Assembly: GCA_031370645.1 (NCBI GenBank)
Contig: JANMQV010000038.1
Coordinates: 1-29,921, forward strand
Length of the DNA: 29,921 bases
Direction: 5' to 3'
DNA from: Candidatus Eiseniibacteriota bacterium
GTDB taxonomy: Bacteria; Eisenbacteria; RBG-16-71-46; SZUA-252
Below are positions 18,415 through 26,827 of this stretch, piece after piece (position 1 is the stretch's first letter; each line of letters starts with the position of its first letter). A program made the translations under genes and the position numbers. A model generated the notes under the pieces. The model was not told where the DNA came from and did no database searches. It saw nothing but the letters and a program-made list of their open reading frames with translations.

Positions 18415-18521
18415 ACCGCCCAGCCCGAACGGGGTATAAGTGCCAAATGGGACCTAAGTTGCGAACCGACCACCGAGGAGACTTGGGGCGAGGGATGAAG
18501 TGCGACCCTACCCAGCCAGTC

Positions 18522-20279
18522 ATGGGCAGAAACCGCGTCGGAATCATCCTCGCGCTCGTGGCGACGCTGCTCGGCTCGAAGGCCGAGGCGAAGTTGCCGC
18601 CCGCGCTCCGCGGGCCGATTGCGACCGTCGGAGAGCGAACCGTCGAGGCGATCGACATCGAGCGTGCCGCGCTCTCGCTCGGCGCCGTGCCGCCGAACGG
18701 AATGACCGCTCGCGCCTGGCGACGCACGCTCCTCGAGCGTTGCGTCGACCGCGAACTCCTGGCGGCCGAGGCGGAGCGGCGGGGGCTCACCGACGATCCC
18801 CAAGTCGATCGCGCGGTCACGCTCCGCGAATTCACGATCCTCATGGGCGCCCTCTACCAGAGGGTGCTCGTGCCCGCCATCCAGCCGACCCCCGCCGAAT
18901 TCGACTCCATCAAGAGCGCGGGGCGCTATCGCTGGCTCGATCTCGACTACATCCTCCTTCGCGACGGCAGCGACATGGAACGACAACGACTCGCGCAGAA
19001 GATCGCGTTCAACGCCAAGAAGGGAGCGCGGTGGGATTCGCTCGCGAAGATCTACAGCGGACACCCTCCCTCGGCCGCCGCGGGGGGGCACTTCGGCCCG
19101 GTGCTGGTGAAGGACCTCGATCCGGCATCGCAGGAGTCCATGAGAAACGCGAAGGTGGGAGACGTTTTCGGTCCCTATTCGGGCCCGTACGGACATGAGG
19201 TATATAAGGTGCACGGGTGGGTCGAGGTCGGCGACGATTCGACGATGCGCCTTGTTGTCGAGGAGCGGACGCGCCTCATTTACGAGAACTATTACAACTC
19301 GGTGTTCCGGAAGTACCACCTGGTCGCCGACACGCTGAACGCGCGAAACGCGATCCAGATCTTCCGCGACGAGCCGCCCGATTCAATTCTCGCCTCGCTT
19401 CGTCCCGACGGGACCCGGCCCGGCCTCGGCATCCGCCCGGCGGTCGGCATCGTCGCTCGCGCCGAGGGCGTCGGCGTGACGATCGCCGAGCTCATCCAGA
19501 TCGGCCGCCCCGGCTCCACCTTCTCGGACCGGATCCCGATTCACGACATCCACGATCTTCTGGTGAGCGCGGCTCGCGTCGTGCTTCATGGGCTCGTCGT
19601 TCGCGACGCGAGGGAACGGGGTCTCGACAAGGATCCCGTTCTGGCGCGGCAACTTCGACTGGCCCAAGATGAGGTCGCGACGAGGACGATGGTGGCGCGT
19701 GCTCGCCCCGCCGATCCGAGCGCCACGGCGCTCCGCGCCTACATCGAGAAGAACGCCTCGCGTTACCAGCGCCCCGCGGCCCGCACGGCGCGCGTGGCGA
19801 TGTTCTTCAGCGCCGACAGCGCTCGAGAAACGCTGAAGGCCTGGAACGGAATCGGCTTCCCGCCCGACAGCACCCTCAAGGAGCACGGATACCGACTCCG
19901 CAATCACGCCGAGCCGGGGGGACTCTTCCCGCAGCAAGTTGCCACGCTCGCCGTTCCCGAAGGGAGCAGCGATCCGCTCAGTCTGGCCCTCCGAGCGCTC
20001 TCTCCCGGCCAATTCGCGCCGGCGACACAGACGATTCAGGGATGGGCCGTCGCGATGATGACCGGCCGTGTAGAGGCCGGCCCGCTTTCCCCGGAAGAAG
20101 CAGCGCCCCGCGCTCTGCGCGATTGGCGAGAGGAGATGGAAAACAAATGGGTCAACGATCAGTTGGAGCGGCTCCGGGCGAAGACGCCCGTGAGCGTGGT
20201 CCCCGCGCGTCTCGAGGCGGTTCGGTACGCGACGCCGTCGCCGCGCACGCCGGCGGCGAAGAAGCGGGCGGCCCGATGA
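18522..20279 (+). CDS. Exported parvulin/PpiC-type foldase-like protein (SurA/PrsA/PpiD-like, degenerate)
   Basis: Signal peptide MGRNRVGIILALVATLLGSKAEA; LLERCVDRELLAAEAERRGL chaperone-like helix; parvulin-like WDSLAKIYS..SAAAGGHFG..GPYSGPYGHEVYKV; second, more degenerate repeat. Start uncertain (18411, 18495 or 18522). Confidence 0.7.
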   Translation: MGRNRVGIILALVATLLGSKAEAKLPPALRGPIATVGERTVEAIDIERAALSLGAVPPNGMTARAWRRTLLERCVDRELLAAEAERRGLTDDPQVDRAVTLREFTILMGALYQRVLVPAIQPTPAEFDSIKSAGRYRWLDLDYILLRDGSDMERQRLAQKIAFNAKKGARWDSLAKIYSGHPPSAAAGGHFGPVLVKDLDPASQESMRNAKVGDVFGPYSGPYGHEVYKVHGWVEVGDDSTMRLVVEERTRLIYENYYNSVFRKYHLVADTLNARNAIQIFRDEPPDSILASLRPDGTRPGLGIRPAVGIVARAEGVGVTIAELIQIGRPGSTFSDRIPIHDIHDLLVSAARVVLHGLVVRDARERGLDKDPVLARQLRLAQDEVATRTMVARARPADPSATALRAYIEKNASRYQRPAARTARVAMFFSADSARETLKAWNGIGFPPDSTLKEHGYRLRNHAEPGGLFPQQVATLAVPEGSSDPLSLALRALSPGQFAPATQTIQGWAVAMMTGRVEAGPLSPEEAAPRALRDWREEMENKWVNDQLERLRAKTPVSVVPARLEAVRYATPSPRTPAAKKRAAR

Positions 20280-21622
20280 CCCGCGCCACGAGCCGTCGCC
20301 GTGCGATCTCGCTCCCGCGAACGGCCGCCTCCATCGCGCTCGTCGCGACCGCGCTTGCAATCCTTGCCGGATCGGGCGGCTTCGCCGGCGCCGCCGAGCG
20401 GATCGCCGCCATCGTGAGCAAGAACGTGATTCTCGCCTCCGAGGTGGATGAGCGCTTTCAGCAGGCGGCGCAGCGCTATGGTGTTGATCCGCGCGATTCG
20501 GTCTCCATCGCGAAACTCCGCCGGAACATCCTCGATCAACTGATCGAGAACCAGGTCGTGCTGGCCGAGGCGACCCGTCTCGGCCTCACCACCACGCCGG
20601 CCGAGGTTCAGGCGGCGGTGGATCGGGAGGTCGGCGCGCTTCGCGAGCGCCTCGGCGGCGACGCCGGGTTCCGCAAGGCGCTCGAGCAGGAGCACATGAC
20701 CGAAGCGGAGCTTCGGAAGCGCTACGAGCCGGATGTTCGCGATCAGTTGCTCGTTTCCAAATTGGTGAGTCGCGAGGTGCAGAGCAAGACGACGGTGACC
20801 GATGCGGAAGTCCGCGCCTTCTACGACGCCAACCGCGACTCCATCGGAAAGAAGCCGGAGCAGTTGAAGCTGGCCCACATCCTCGTCGCCTTCGAGGCCG
20901 ACTCGGCGTCGGCCAAGCGCGCCCGAGCGCGGGCCGACAGCGTTCGCGCGCTCATCGTGAAGGGGCGCCCCTTCGAGGAGGCGGCGCGCCAGTTCTCGGA
21001 CGATCCAAGCGGGCAACGGGGCGGCGACCTCGGGCCGTTCGGGCATGGCGACATGGTGCCCGAGTTCGAAACCGTCGCCTTCTCGCTCAAGCCGAACGAG
21101 ATGAGCCAGCCGGTCCGAACGCGCTTCGGCTACCACATCATCAAGGTCCAATCGCACCAGGCGAAGACCGACTCCACCGAGGAGCTGGTTCGGGCAAGCC
21201 ACGTGATGATCAGCATCCGCCCGACACCGAGCGACGAGGACCGAGCGCGGAAGCGCGCGCTCACCTACCGCGATTCGCTGATGCAGGGGGCGGACTTTGC
21301 CGGGATGGCGAAGCGCCACTCCATGGACTCCGCGACGCGGGATTCGGGCGGCGTGCTGGGCGATGTCTCGGTGGCGAGCCTGCCCGACAACTTGAAGGAG
21401 GTCCTGACCGGCCTGAGTCTCAACGAGGTCAGCGTTCCGGTGAAGCGGGACGCCGGGTATCACCTCTTCAAACTCCTGGGGCGCGTCTCCGAGGAAGACT
21501 TCAAGTACAACGACATCAAAGACGACCTGCGCCAGATGGTGTTGAACAAGAAACTCGAGGAGTCGTATCGACGCTGGTACGAGAAGGTCAAGAAGACCGT
21601 CACGATCGAGATCAAGGACTAG
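20276..21622 (+). CDS. surA: SurA-like periplasmic chaperone / peptidylprolyl isomerase with two parvulin domains
   Basis: Signal peptide, ERIAAIVSKNVILASEV SurA N-terminal motif, HILV..FEEAARQFSDDPSGQRGGDLG..MVPEFE..RTRFGYHII and a second PPIase domain; precedes pdxA; ATGA overlap with the upstream gene. Confidence 0.85.
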   Translation: MTRATSRRRAISLPRTAASIALVATALAILAGSGGFAGAAERIAAIVSKNVILASEVDERFQQAAQRYGVDPRDSVSIAKLRRNILDQLIENQVVLAEATRLGLTTTPAEVQAAVDREVGALRERLGGDAGFRKALEQEHMTEAELRKRYEPDVRDQLLVSKLVSREVQSKTTVTDAEVRAFYDANRDSIGKKPEQLKLAHILVAFEADSASAKRARARADSVRALIVKGRPFEEAARQFSDDPSGQRGGDLGPFGHGDMVPEFETVAFSLKPNEMSQPVRTRFGYHIIKVQSHQAKTDSTEELVRASHVMISIRPTPSDEDRARKRALTYRDSLMQGADFAGMAKRHSMDSATRDSGGVLGDVSVASLPDNLKEVLTGLSLNEVSVPVKRDAGYHLFKLLGRVSEEDFKYNDIKDDLRQMVLNKKLEESYRRWYEKVKKTVTIEIKD

Positions 21623-21641
21623 CGCCGGGAGGCACACACCC

Positions 21642-22703
21642 GTGTCGCCGCGTCGTCCCACGCTTCTCATCACCTGCGGCGATCCCGCGGGGATCGGCCC
21701 CGAGATCGTCGCCCGCGCCGTCGCGTCGGCGGTGATCCGGCGCGTGGCGCGCCTCGCCGTCATTGGCGACGCCGAGATCTTCGAGCGCGCCCTTCATCAC
21801 ACCGGGCAGACTGGCGCCCGCGCGAAAATCCGCATCGTCCGCCCCGACGCTTTCGATCCGAAGGACGACTCCCCCGGAATCCCTTTTCTCGCCTCGAGCG
21901 ATGAGGGGTGGATCTCCGTCAGCCCCGGGCACGCGACCGCCGGCTCGGGTCGCGCCGCCGCTCGCGCCATCGAAGCGGCCGCCGCCCTCGCGCTCGACCG
22001 ACGCGCCGATGGCATCGTCACCGCACCGATCTCGAAGCACGCGCTTCGCATGGCCGGCTATCCCTATCCCGGACACACCGAATTCCTAGGAGCCCTGGCG
22101 GGCGCGAGCGAAACACGCATGCTCTTCGTCACGCGCCGCTTCCGGTTGATCCTCGCGACCGTTCATCTTGCGCTTCGCGACGTGCCGGGCGCCATCTCCA
22201 AACCGTCGCTCGTTCGGACGATCGAGTTCGCCGCCGCGGCGTGTCGGAATTTCCGTTGGGGACGCCGCCCCGTGGCGCTCTTGGGACTCAATCCGCACGC
22301 GGGGGAAGAGGGGCTCTTCGGCGACGAGGAGGAACGCTTCATCCTCCCCGCCATCCGCGAGGCGCGGGAGCGCGGCATCGCCGCCGAGGGACCCTTCCCG
22401 GCCGACACCTTCTTCTCGCGGCACGCCGTGAGGAAGGAGTGGGGCGCGGTGATCGCCATGTATCACGATCAGGGACTCATTCCCGCGAAGGCCGACGGAG
22501 TCGGTGGAGCGGCGAATGTCACCCTAGGGCTTCCCTTCGTCCGCTCCTCGGTAGATCATGGCACCGCGTTCGACCGCGCCTGGAAGAGTTCCAGAAGCGC
22601 CGCGAATCGGCCCGACCCGGCGGGGCTTCTGACCGCCATCCGTGTCGGCGCCGATCTCGCGCTCCGGGCCGGGCGGAAACCGATGGAGTGGGCATGGCCC
22701 TGA
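21642..22703 (+). CDS. pdxA: 4-hydroxythreonine-4-phosphate dehydrogenase PdxA
   Basis: ITCGDPAGIGPE, TAPISK, GHTEFL, GLNPHAGEEG, PADT, AMYHDQGLIP, RSSVDHGTAFD. Confidence 0.96.
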   Translation: MSPRRPTLLITCGDPAGIGPEIVARAVASAVIRRVARLAVIGDAEIFERALHHTGQTGARAKIRIVRPDAFDPKDDSPGIPFLASSDEGWISVSPGHATAGSGRAAARAIEAAAALALDRRADGIVTAPISKHALRMAGYPYPGHTEFLGALAGASETRMLFVTRRFRLILATVHLALRDVPGAISKPSLVRTIEFAAAACRNFRWGRRPVALLGLNPHAGEEGLFGDEEERFILPAIREARERGIAAEGPFPADTFFSRHAVRKEWGAVIAMYHDQGLIPAKADGVGGAANVTLGLPFVRSSVDHGTAFDRAWKSSRSAANRPDPAGLLTAIRVGADLALRAGRKPMEWAWP

Positions 22704-23482
22704 TCCGCCTCGACCACGTCACGAAGGTCTATCGCGACCGAATCGCGCTGAGCGACGTCACCCTCTCGTTCGAGGCGGGCGAGTGGGTCCTCGTGGCCGG
22801 TCCGAGCGGAGCGGGGAAGAGCACGCTCCTTCGCGTCCTGGCGCTGGCGGAGAAGCCGGCGAGCGGGCGCGTCGAAGTCGATCCGATCGCCGTGGTCGAG
22901 GCGCCGTCGGCGCCGGTGACGATCGCGCCTGCGCCTGCCGCGCCTTCCGCGGAGGGTGGAGCCGTGGCCACCGAAGCGCCGCCCGCACCGCCCGCCGCTC
23001 CCGTCCGCCGCCGCGTTTCGGCGAGCCTCGTTCGGCGCCACATCGGCGTTCTCGGTCAGGAATTCCGACTTCTGCCCGACCGGAACGTCTTCGAGAACGT
23101 CGCCATCTCCTGCAACATCGGCGGCATGTGGGACCGAGCGCGGATCCGAGACCGAATCAATCCGCTCCTCGACCAGATGGGGATTCGCGGGGTCGAGTCG
23201 CTCTTTCCGAACGACCTCTCGGCGGGGCAGAAGCAGCGCGTGGCGCTCGCGCGGGCCATGGCGCGCCATCCGCGCATTCTGCTGGCCGACGAGCCGACCG
23301 GAAACCTCGACCCGAGTGCCGCGGCGCAGATCTTCGCCCTCCTCCGTGAAATTCGGGAGCGCGGGACGCTCGTCGTGATCGCGACGCACGCGGAGGAATG
23401 GATCCGCCGCTATCCGGGGCGCGTCATTCGAATCGAACGCGGGCTCCTCCGATCGGACGGGCCGGAAGGGACCGGTTCATGA
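22694..23482 (+). CDS. ftsE: Cell division ABC ATPase FtsE
   Basis: MALIRLDHVTKVY, GPSGAGKSTLL, QEFRLLPDRNVFENVA, LSAGQKQRVALARA, ADEPTGNLDP, IATH; GGAG SD; followed by ftsX. Confidence 0.88.
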   Translation: MALIRLDHVTKVYRDRIALSDVTLSFEAGEWVLVAGPSGAGKSTLLRVLALAEKPASGRVEVDPIAVVEAPSAPVTIAPAPAAPSAEGGAVATEAPPAPPAAPVRRRVSASLVRRHIGVLGQEFRLLPDRNVFENVAISCNIGGMWDRARIRDRINPLLDQMGIRGVESLFPNDLSAGQKQRVALARAMARHPRILLADEPTGNLDPSAAAQIFALLREIRERGTLVVIATHAEEWIRRYPGRVIRIERGLLRSDGPEGTGS

Positions 23483-24351
23483 TGGGCCAGATTCGCTTCA
23501 TCGGCCGGGAGCTGTGGCGCGGCTTTGTGCAGCATCGCGCGCTCACGCTCACGAGCGTTCTCTCCATGTCGGCGATTCTTCTCATCTTTCTCTTCTTCAT
23601 GATGGTGCTTCAGACGGTCGATCGCTACACGGGCGAACTCGAATCGCGGGAGGAGATCTCGGTCTTCCTGAACGAGGGCCTCTCGAATAGCGAGCTCGCG
23701 AGCACCGCCGCCGCCCTTCGCGCGCTCGACGGCGTCGACAGCGTTCGCTACGTGAGTAAGGAAGAGGCGTGGGAATCCTTCCGCGCCGACATTTCGGATG
23801 AAGCGCTCGTCCAGGCGGTGGGCTCGAATCCGCTTCCGGCGTCGTTCATCATTCGCCCCGTGCCCCTTTCGCGAAACGCGGACGGCGTCCGAAGCATCGC
23901 GCGCGCCGCCGAGACGGTGCCGCACGTGGAAGACGTCCGCTACGCCGGCGAGTGGGTGCTTCGCGCCGAGCAGGTGGTCGGCACGCTCGAGCGAATCGGC
24001 GCGGCGGTCGGCCTGATCGTGCTGGTCGGAGTTCTCTTCGTGGTCGGGGCGACGACGCGGCTCTCCGTGCAGGCGAGGCTCGACTCGGTCCACCTGGTCC
24101 GCTCGCTGGGCGGCGGCTTTCTCTTCACCGAAGCGCCCTATCTCGTGGAGGGTTTCGTCCTCGCCTCGGTCTCTTCGCTTTTGACGATCGCCGTGGCGCG
24201 GCTCATTCACGACAGTCTTGCCGACGGTCTCTTCCGCCTGCTCTTCCTTCCGGGGCCGACGCTTCTCGCGTTCGTGGCCGTGAGCGGGCTCCTGGGTCTC
24301 CTCGGGAGCTGGATCGCGGTCGCGACCCTTCCGAGGAAATGGCTTCTCTAG
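23479..24351 (+). CDS. ftsX: Cell division permease FtsX
   Basis: TM1, EISVFL, VRYVSKEEAW, NPLPASF, three C-terminal TMs with PYLVEG; ATGA overlap with ftsE. Confidence 0.9.
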   Translation: MMGQIRFIGRELWRGFVQHRALTLTSVLSMSAILLIFLFFMMVLQTVDRYTGELESREEISVFLNEGLSNSELASTAAALRALDGVDSVRYVSKEEAWESFRADISDEALVQAVGSNPLPASFIIRPVPLSRNADGVRSIARAAETVPHVEDVRYAGEWVLRAEQVVGTLERIGAAVGLIVLVGVLFVVGATTRLSVQARLDSVHLVRSLGGGFLFTEAPYLVEGFVLASVSSLLTIAVARLIHDSLADGLFRLLFLPGPTLLAFVAVSGLLGLLGSWIAVATLPRKWLL

Positions 24352-25628
24352 CCGCGCGCCGCCCCGGCGCGTCCGCTCTCCGCTTCGCGCTTACCGCCGC
24401 CGTAGCGGCGATCGTTCTTGGCGGTCTCTTTTCGGTGCCCCCGTCCTCACGGCCGGCGCACGCGCAGGGCGCCGCATCCGACTCCGGCGGCGCCGCCCCC
24501 GCCGCGCCCGCTCCCTCCCAGACCGACACCGAGATCGAAGGGCAGCGGCGCGAACTCGAGTCGCTCCGCCAAGAACTCGACCAGCGGCGCGAGCGATCGA
24601 AGGAATTGAAGGGGAAAGAGAAAAACCTCCTCGGACAGTTGCGCGAGACAGAGAAGAATCTCCAACTGACGATGCGCTACCTGAACGCGCTCCAGAAGCG
24701 GGAACGCGTGTTGCAAGGAGATCTCGGCGACGCGACGTCGGAGTTGGCGCGCACCGCCGTCCAGCTCGAGACCGAGCGGAGGCGTTTGGGATGGCGCCTT
24801 CGGGAGATCTACAAGCGAGGCCGCTCGTGGGAACTGGAGCACGTCCTCACGGCACGCTCGTTCGGCGAACTGGTGGCGCGGACCTACTACATGGCGCGGG
24901 TCGCGAAAGAAGATCGCTCGCGGATGCTCCTGACCCAGGCGCGGCGCGTGGAAGTGCAGGACAACAAGACGCGGCTCGAGGTGAGGAAGCGGGAGATCGA
25001 CCGACTGCAATCCGAGACGGACCGGGAGCGCCGGGCGCTCGCCAACCTGACCGGCGAACGCCGCCGGCTCCTCCAGCGGATCCGCTCCGATTCGAAATCG
25101 AACGAGCAGGCGTCGGCCGAGCTGGAACGGGCCCGGAAGCGGATCCTCAGCCTGATCGAGACACTGGAGAGGCAGCGCATCGCCCGCGAACGAGGCGCGC
25201 CGAGCGGCGAAGTCCCCCTTCTTGGCGATTTCGGCCGAAACCGGGGGAGGCTCCCCTGGCCCGCCAACGGCAAGGTGGCGCGCGGATTCGGGCAGCAGAC
25301 GAACGCCCGGTTCGGCACCAAGACCTTTAATAGCGGCATCGACATCTCGGCCACGTTCGGGACCCCCATCACCGCCGTTTCCAAGGGCCGAGTCGAGTAC
25401 GTCAACTGGCTCGAGGGGTACGGTAAGTGTGTTATCCTCAACCACGGCGGCGCTTACTACACGCTTTACGCTCACGCTTCCGAGATCACCGTCCCGGTCG
25501 GCAAAGAGGTCGCCGCCGGGGAGACCATTGGCCGGGTGGGGGATACCGGCTCCACCTCCGGTACGGTGCTCCATTTCGAGATACGCCGGGGAAAAGAAGC
25601 CCTGAACCCCCTCGAGTGGTTCCGGTGA
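24339..25628 (+). CDS. envC: EnvC-like murein hydrolase activator (coiled coil plus degenerate M23/LytM)
   Basis: N-terminal hydrophobic segment, long coiled coil, GRLPWP, NSGIDI, YYTLYAH, VLHFEIR..NPLEW; follows ftsEX; GAGG SD before ATG 24339. Confidence 0.87.
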   Translation: MASLAARRPGASALRFALTAAVAAIVLGGLFSVPPSSRPAHAQGAASDSGGAAPAAPAPSQTDTEIEGQRRELESLRQELDQRRERSKELKGKEKNLLGQLRETEKNLQLTMRYLNALQKRERVLQGDLGDATSELARTAVQLETERRRLGWRLREIYKRGRSWELEHVLTARSFGELVARTYYMARVAKEDRSRMLLTQARRVEVQDNKTRLEVRKREIDRLQSETDRERRALANLTGERRRLLQRIRSDSKSNEQASAELERARKRILSLIETLERQRIARERGAPSGEVPLLGDFGRNRGRLPWPANGKVARGFGQQTNARFGTKTFNSGIDISATFGTPITAVSKGRVEYVNWLEGYGKCVILNHGGAYYTLYAHASEITVPVGKEVAAGETIGRVGDTGSTSGTVLHFEIRRGKEALNPLEWFR

Positions 25629-25638
25629 GTCCCACCTT

Positions 25639-26781
25639 ATGTCCACAAACAGGGTCCAGCATCAAGAGGAAGCGCTAGCCCACCTCACCGCCTCGCTTCG
25701 CGGCGGTCACGTCGGGCATGCCTATCTCTTCCACGGCCCGGCCGGCGTCGGGAAGACCCGCGCCGCGCTCTGGTTTGCACGCGCGCTCCTTTGCGAGACG
25801 CCGCTTCCCGACGCGAGCCCGTGCGACGCCTGCCCCTCCTGCATCTCGAGCGCGGCGCTTCGCCATCCCGACCTGGAACTCCTGGTGCCGCTCCCTTCGT
25901 TCCGCACCGAGGGACGGACCGAGAAGCAGGCCGACGAGGCGCGCTCCGAAGCGAGAGCCGGCGTCTTGGGACGCTACGCGCGCGAGCCTTTCTTCGCGCC
26001 GACGTTCGCGAAGCAGCCAACCCACACGGTTGAAGATCTCGCGCGCGCGAAGCAGTTCCTCTCGCTCACGCCGCAGCGGGACGGCGGCGCCAAGGTCCTG
26101 ATCATCAAAGGGGCCGAAGGGATGACCGGCCCCGCGGCTCATGCGTTCCTGAAAATTTTGGAAGAGCCGCAGCCGAACCGCGTGCTTATTTTGGCGGCGC
26201 GACAGATTCGGGCGCTCTTGCCGACGCTCGCCTCCCGCTGTCTTCATGTTCGCTTTCGCCCGCTTCCCGAAGCGTTCCTGGTTCAGGCGCTCGAGGCGCG
26301 CGGCGTGTCGAAGGGGACGGCGCGTCTCGCGGCGTCGCTCTCGCAGGGGAGCCTGGGGCGCGCCATCGCGCCGTTCGAGGCGCCGCTCGACGCGACCGGC
26401 GCGGCACCCGAAGAAGGGGACTTCGCGAAGCTCCGCGCGGTGGCGAAGGAACTCTTCGTCCGGCCGGGATCGCCCGCCATCCTGGGGCCGCTTCGCCGCG
26501 GTCGGATGGAGCGCGATCGCGGCCGCTTTCTCGCCGCCGTGTCGCTGGCCATTCATTACTACCGCGATGTCCTCCGCCTGAAAGTGTTGGGCGAGGGGAT
26601 CGCGCTCGCGAACGAGGACTGGAAGCGGGAGATCGTGGCCGATGCCGCGTCGCTCCCTCTTCCGGCGCTCTCGCGCCGAATCCGAATACTCGAGGAGATC
26701 GCGGCCGCGGTGCAGTCGAACGTGACCGCCGCGTACGCCGTCGCTTCCGCCCAGCATCGCATGGGACTGGGCGCCGCTTGA
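25639..26781 (+). CDS. holB: DNA polymerase III subunit delta'
   Basis: HAYLFHGPAGVGKT, LLC..PCDACPSC zinc cluster, HPDL, FLKILEEP, LLPTLASRC; precedes a PSP1-family gene. Confidence 0.9.
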   Translation: MSTNRVQHQEEALAHLTASLRGGHVGHAYLFHGPAGVGKTRAALWFARALLCETPLPDASPCDACPSCISSAALRHPDLELLVPLPSFRTEGRTEKQADEARSEARAGVLGRYAREPFFAPTFAKQPTHTVEDLARAKQFLSLTPQRDGGAKVLIIKGAEGMTGPAAHAFLKILEEPQPNRVLILAARQIRALLPTLASRCLHVRFRPLPEAFLVQALEARGVSKGTARLAASLSQGSLGRAIAPFEAPLDATGAAPEEGDFAKLRAVAKELFVRPGSPAILGPLRRGRMERDRGRFLAAVSLAIHYYRDVLRLKVLGEGIALANEDWKREIVADAASLPLPALSRRIRILEEIAAAVQSNVTAAYAVASAQHRMGLGAA

Positions 26782-26827
26782 ACCACCACTGACCGAACTG
26801 AGGCCCCGCCCCGGCGGGGAGAGACCG

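Noticed and set aside
18415-18521. Possible structured RNA or riboswitch between mfd and the foldase gene
   Set aside because: Only a short weak pairing is visible, I recognise no RNA family motif, and the region may be partly coding depending on the start codon.
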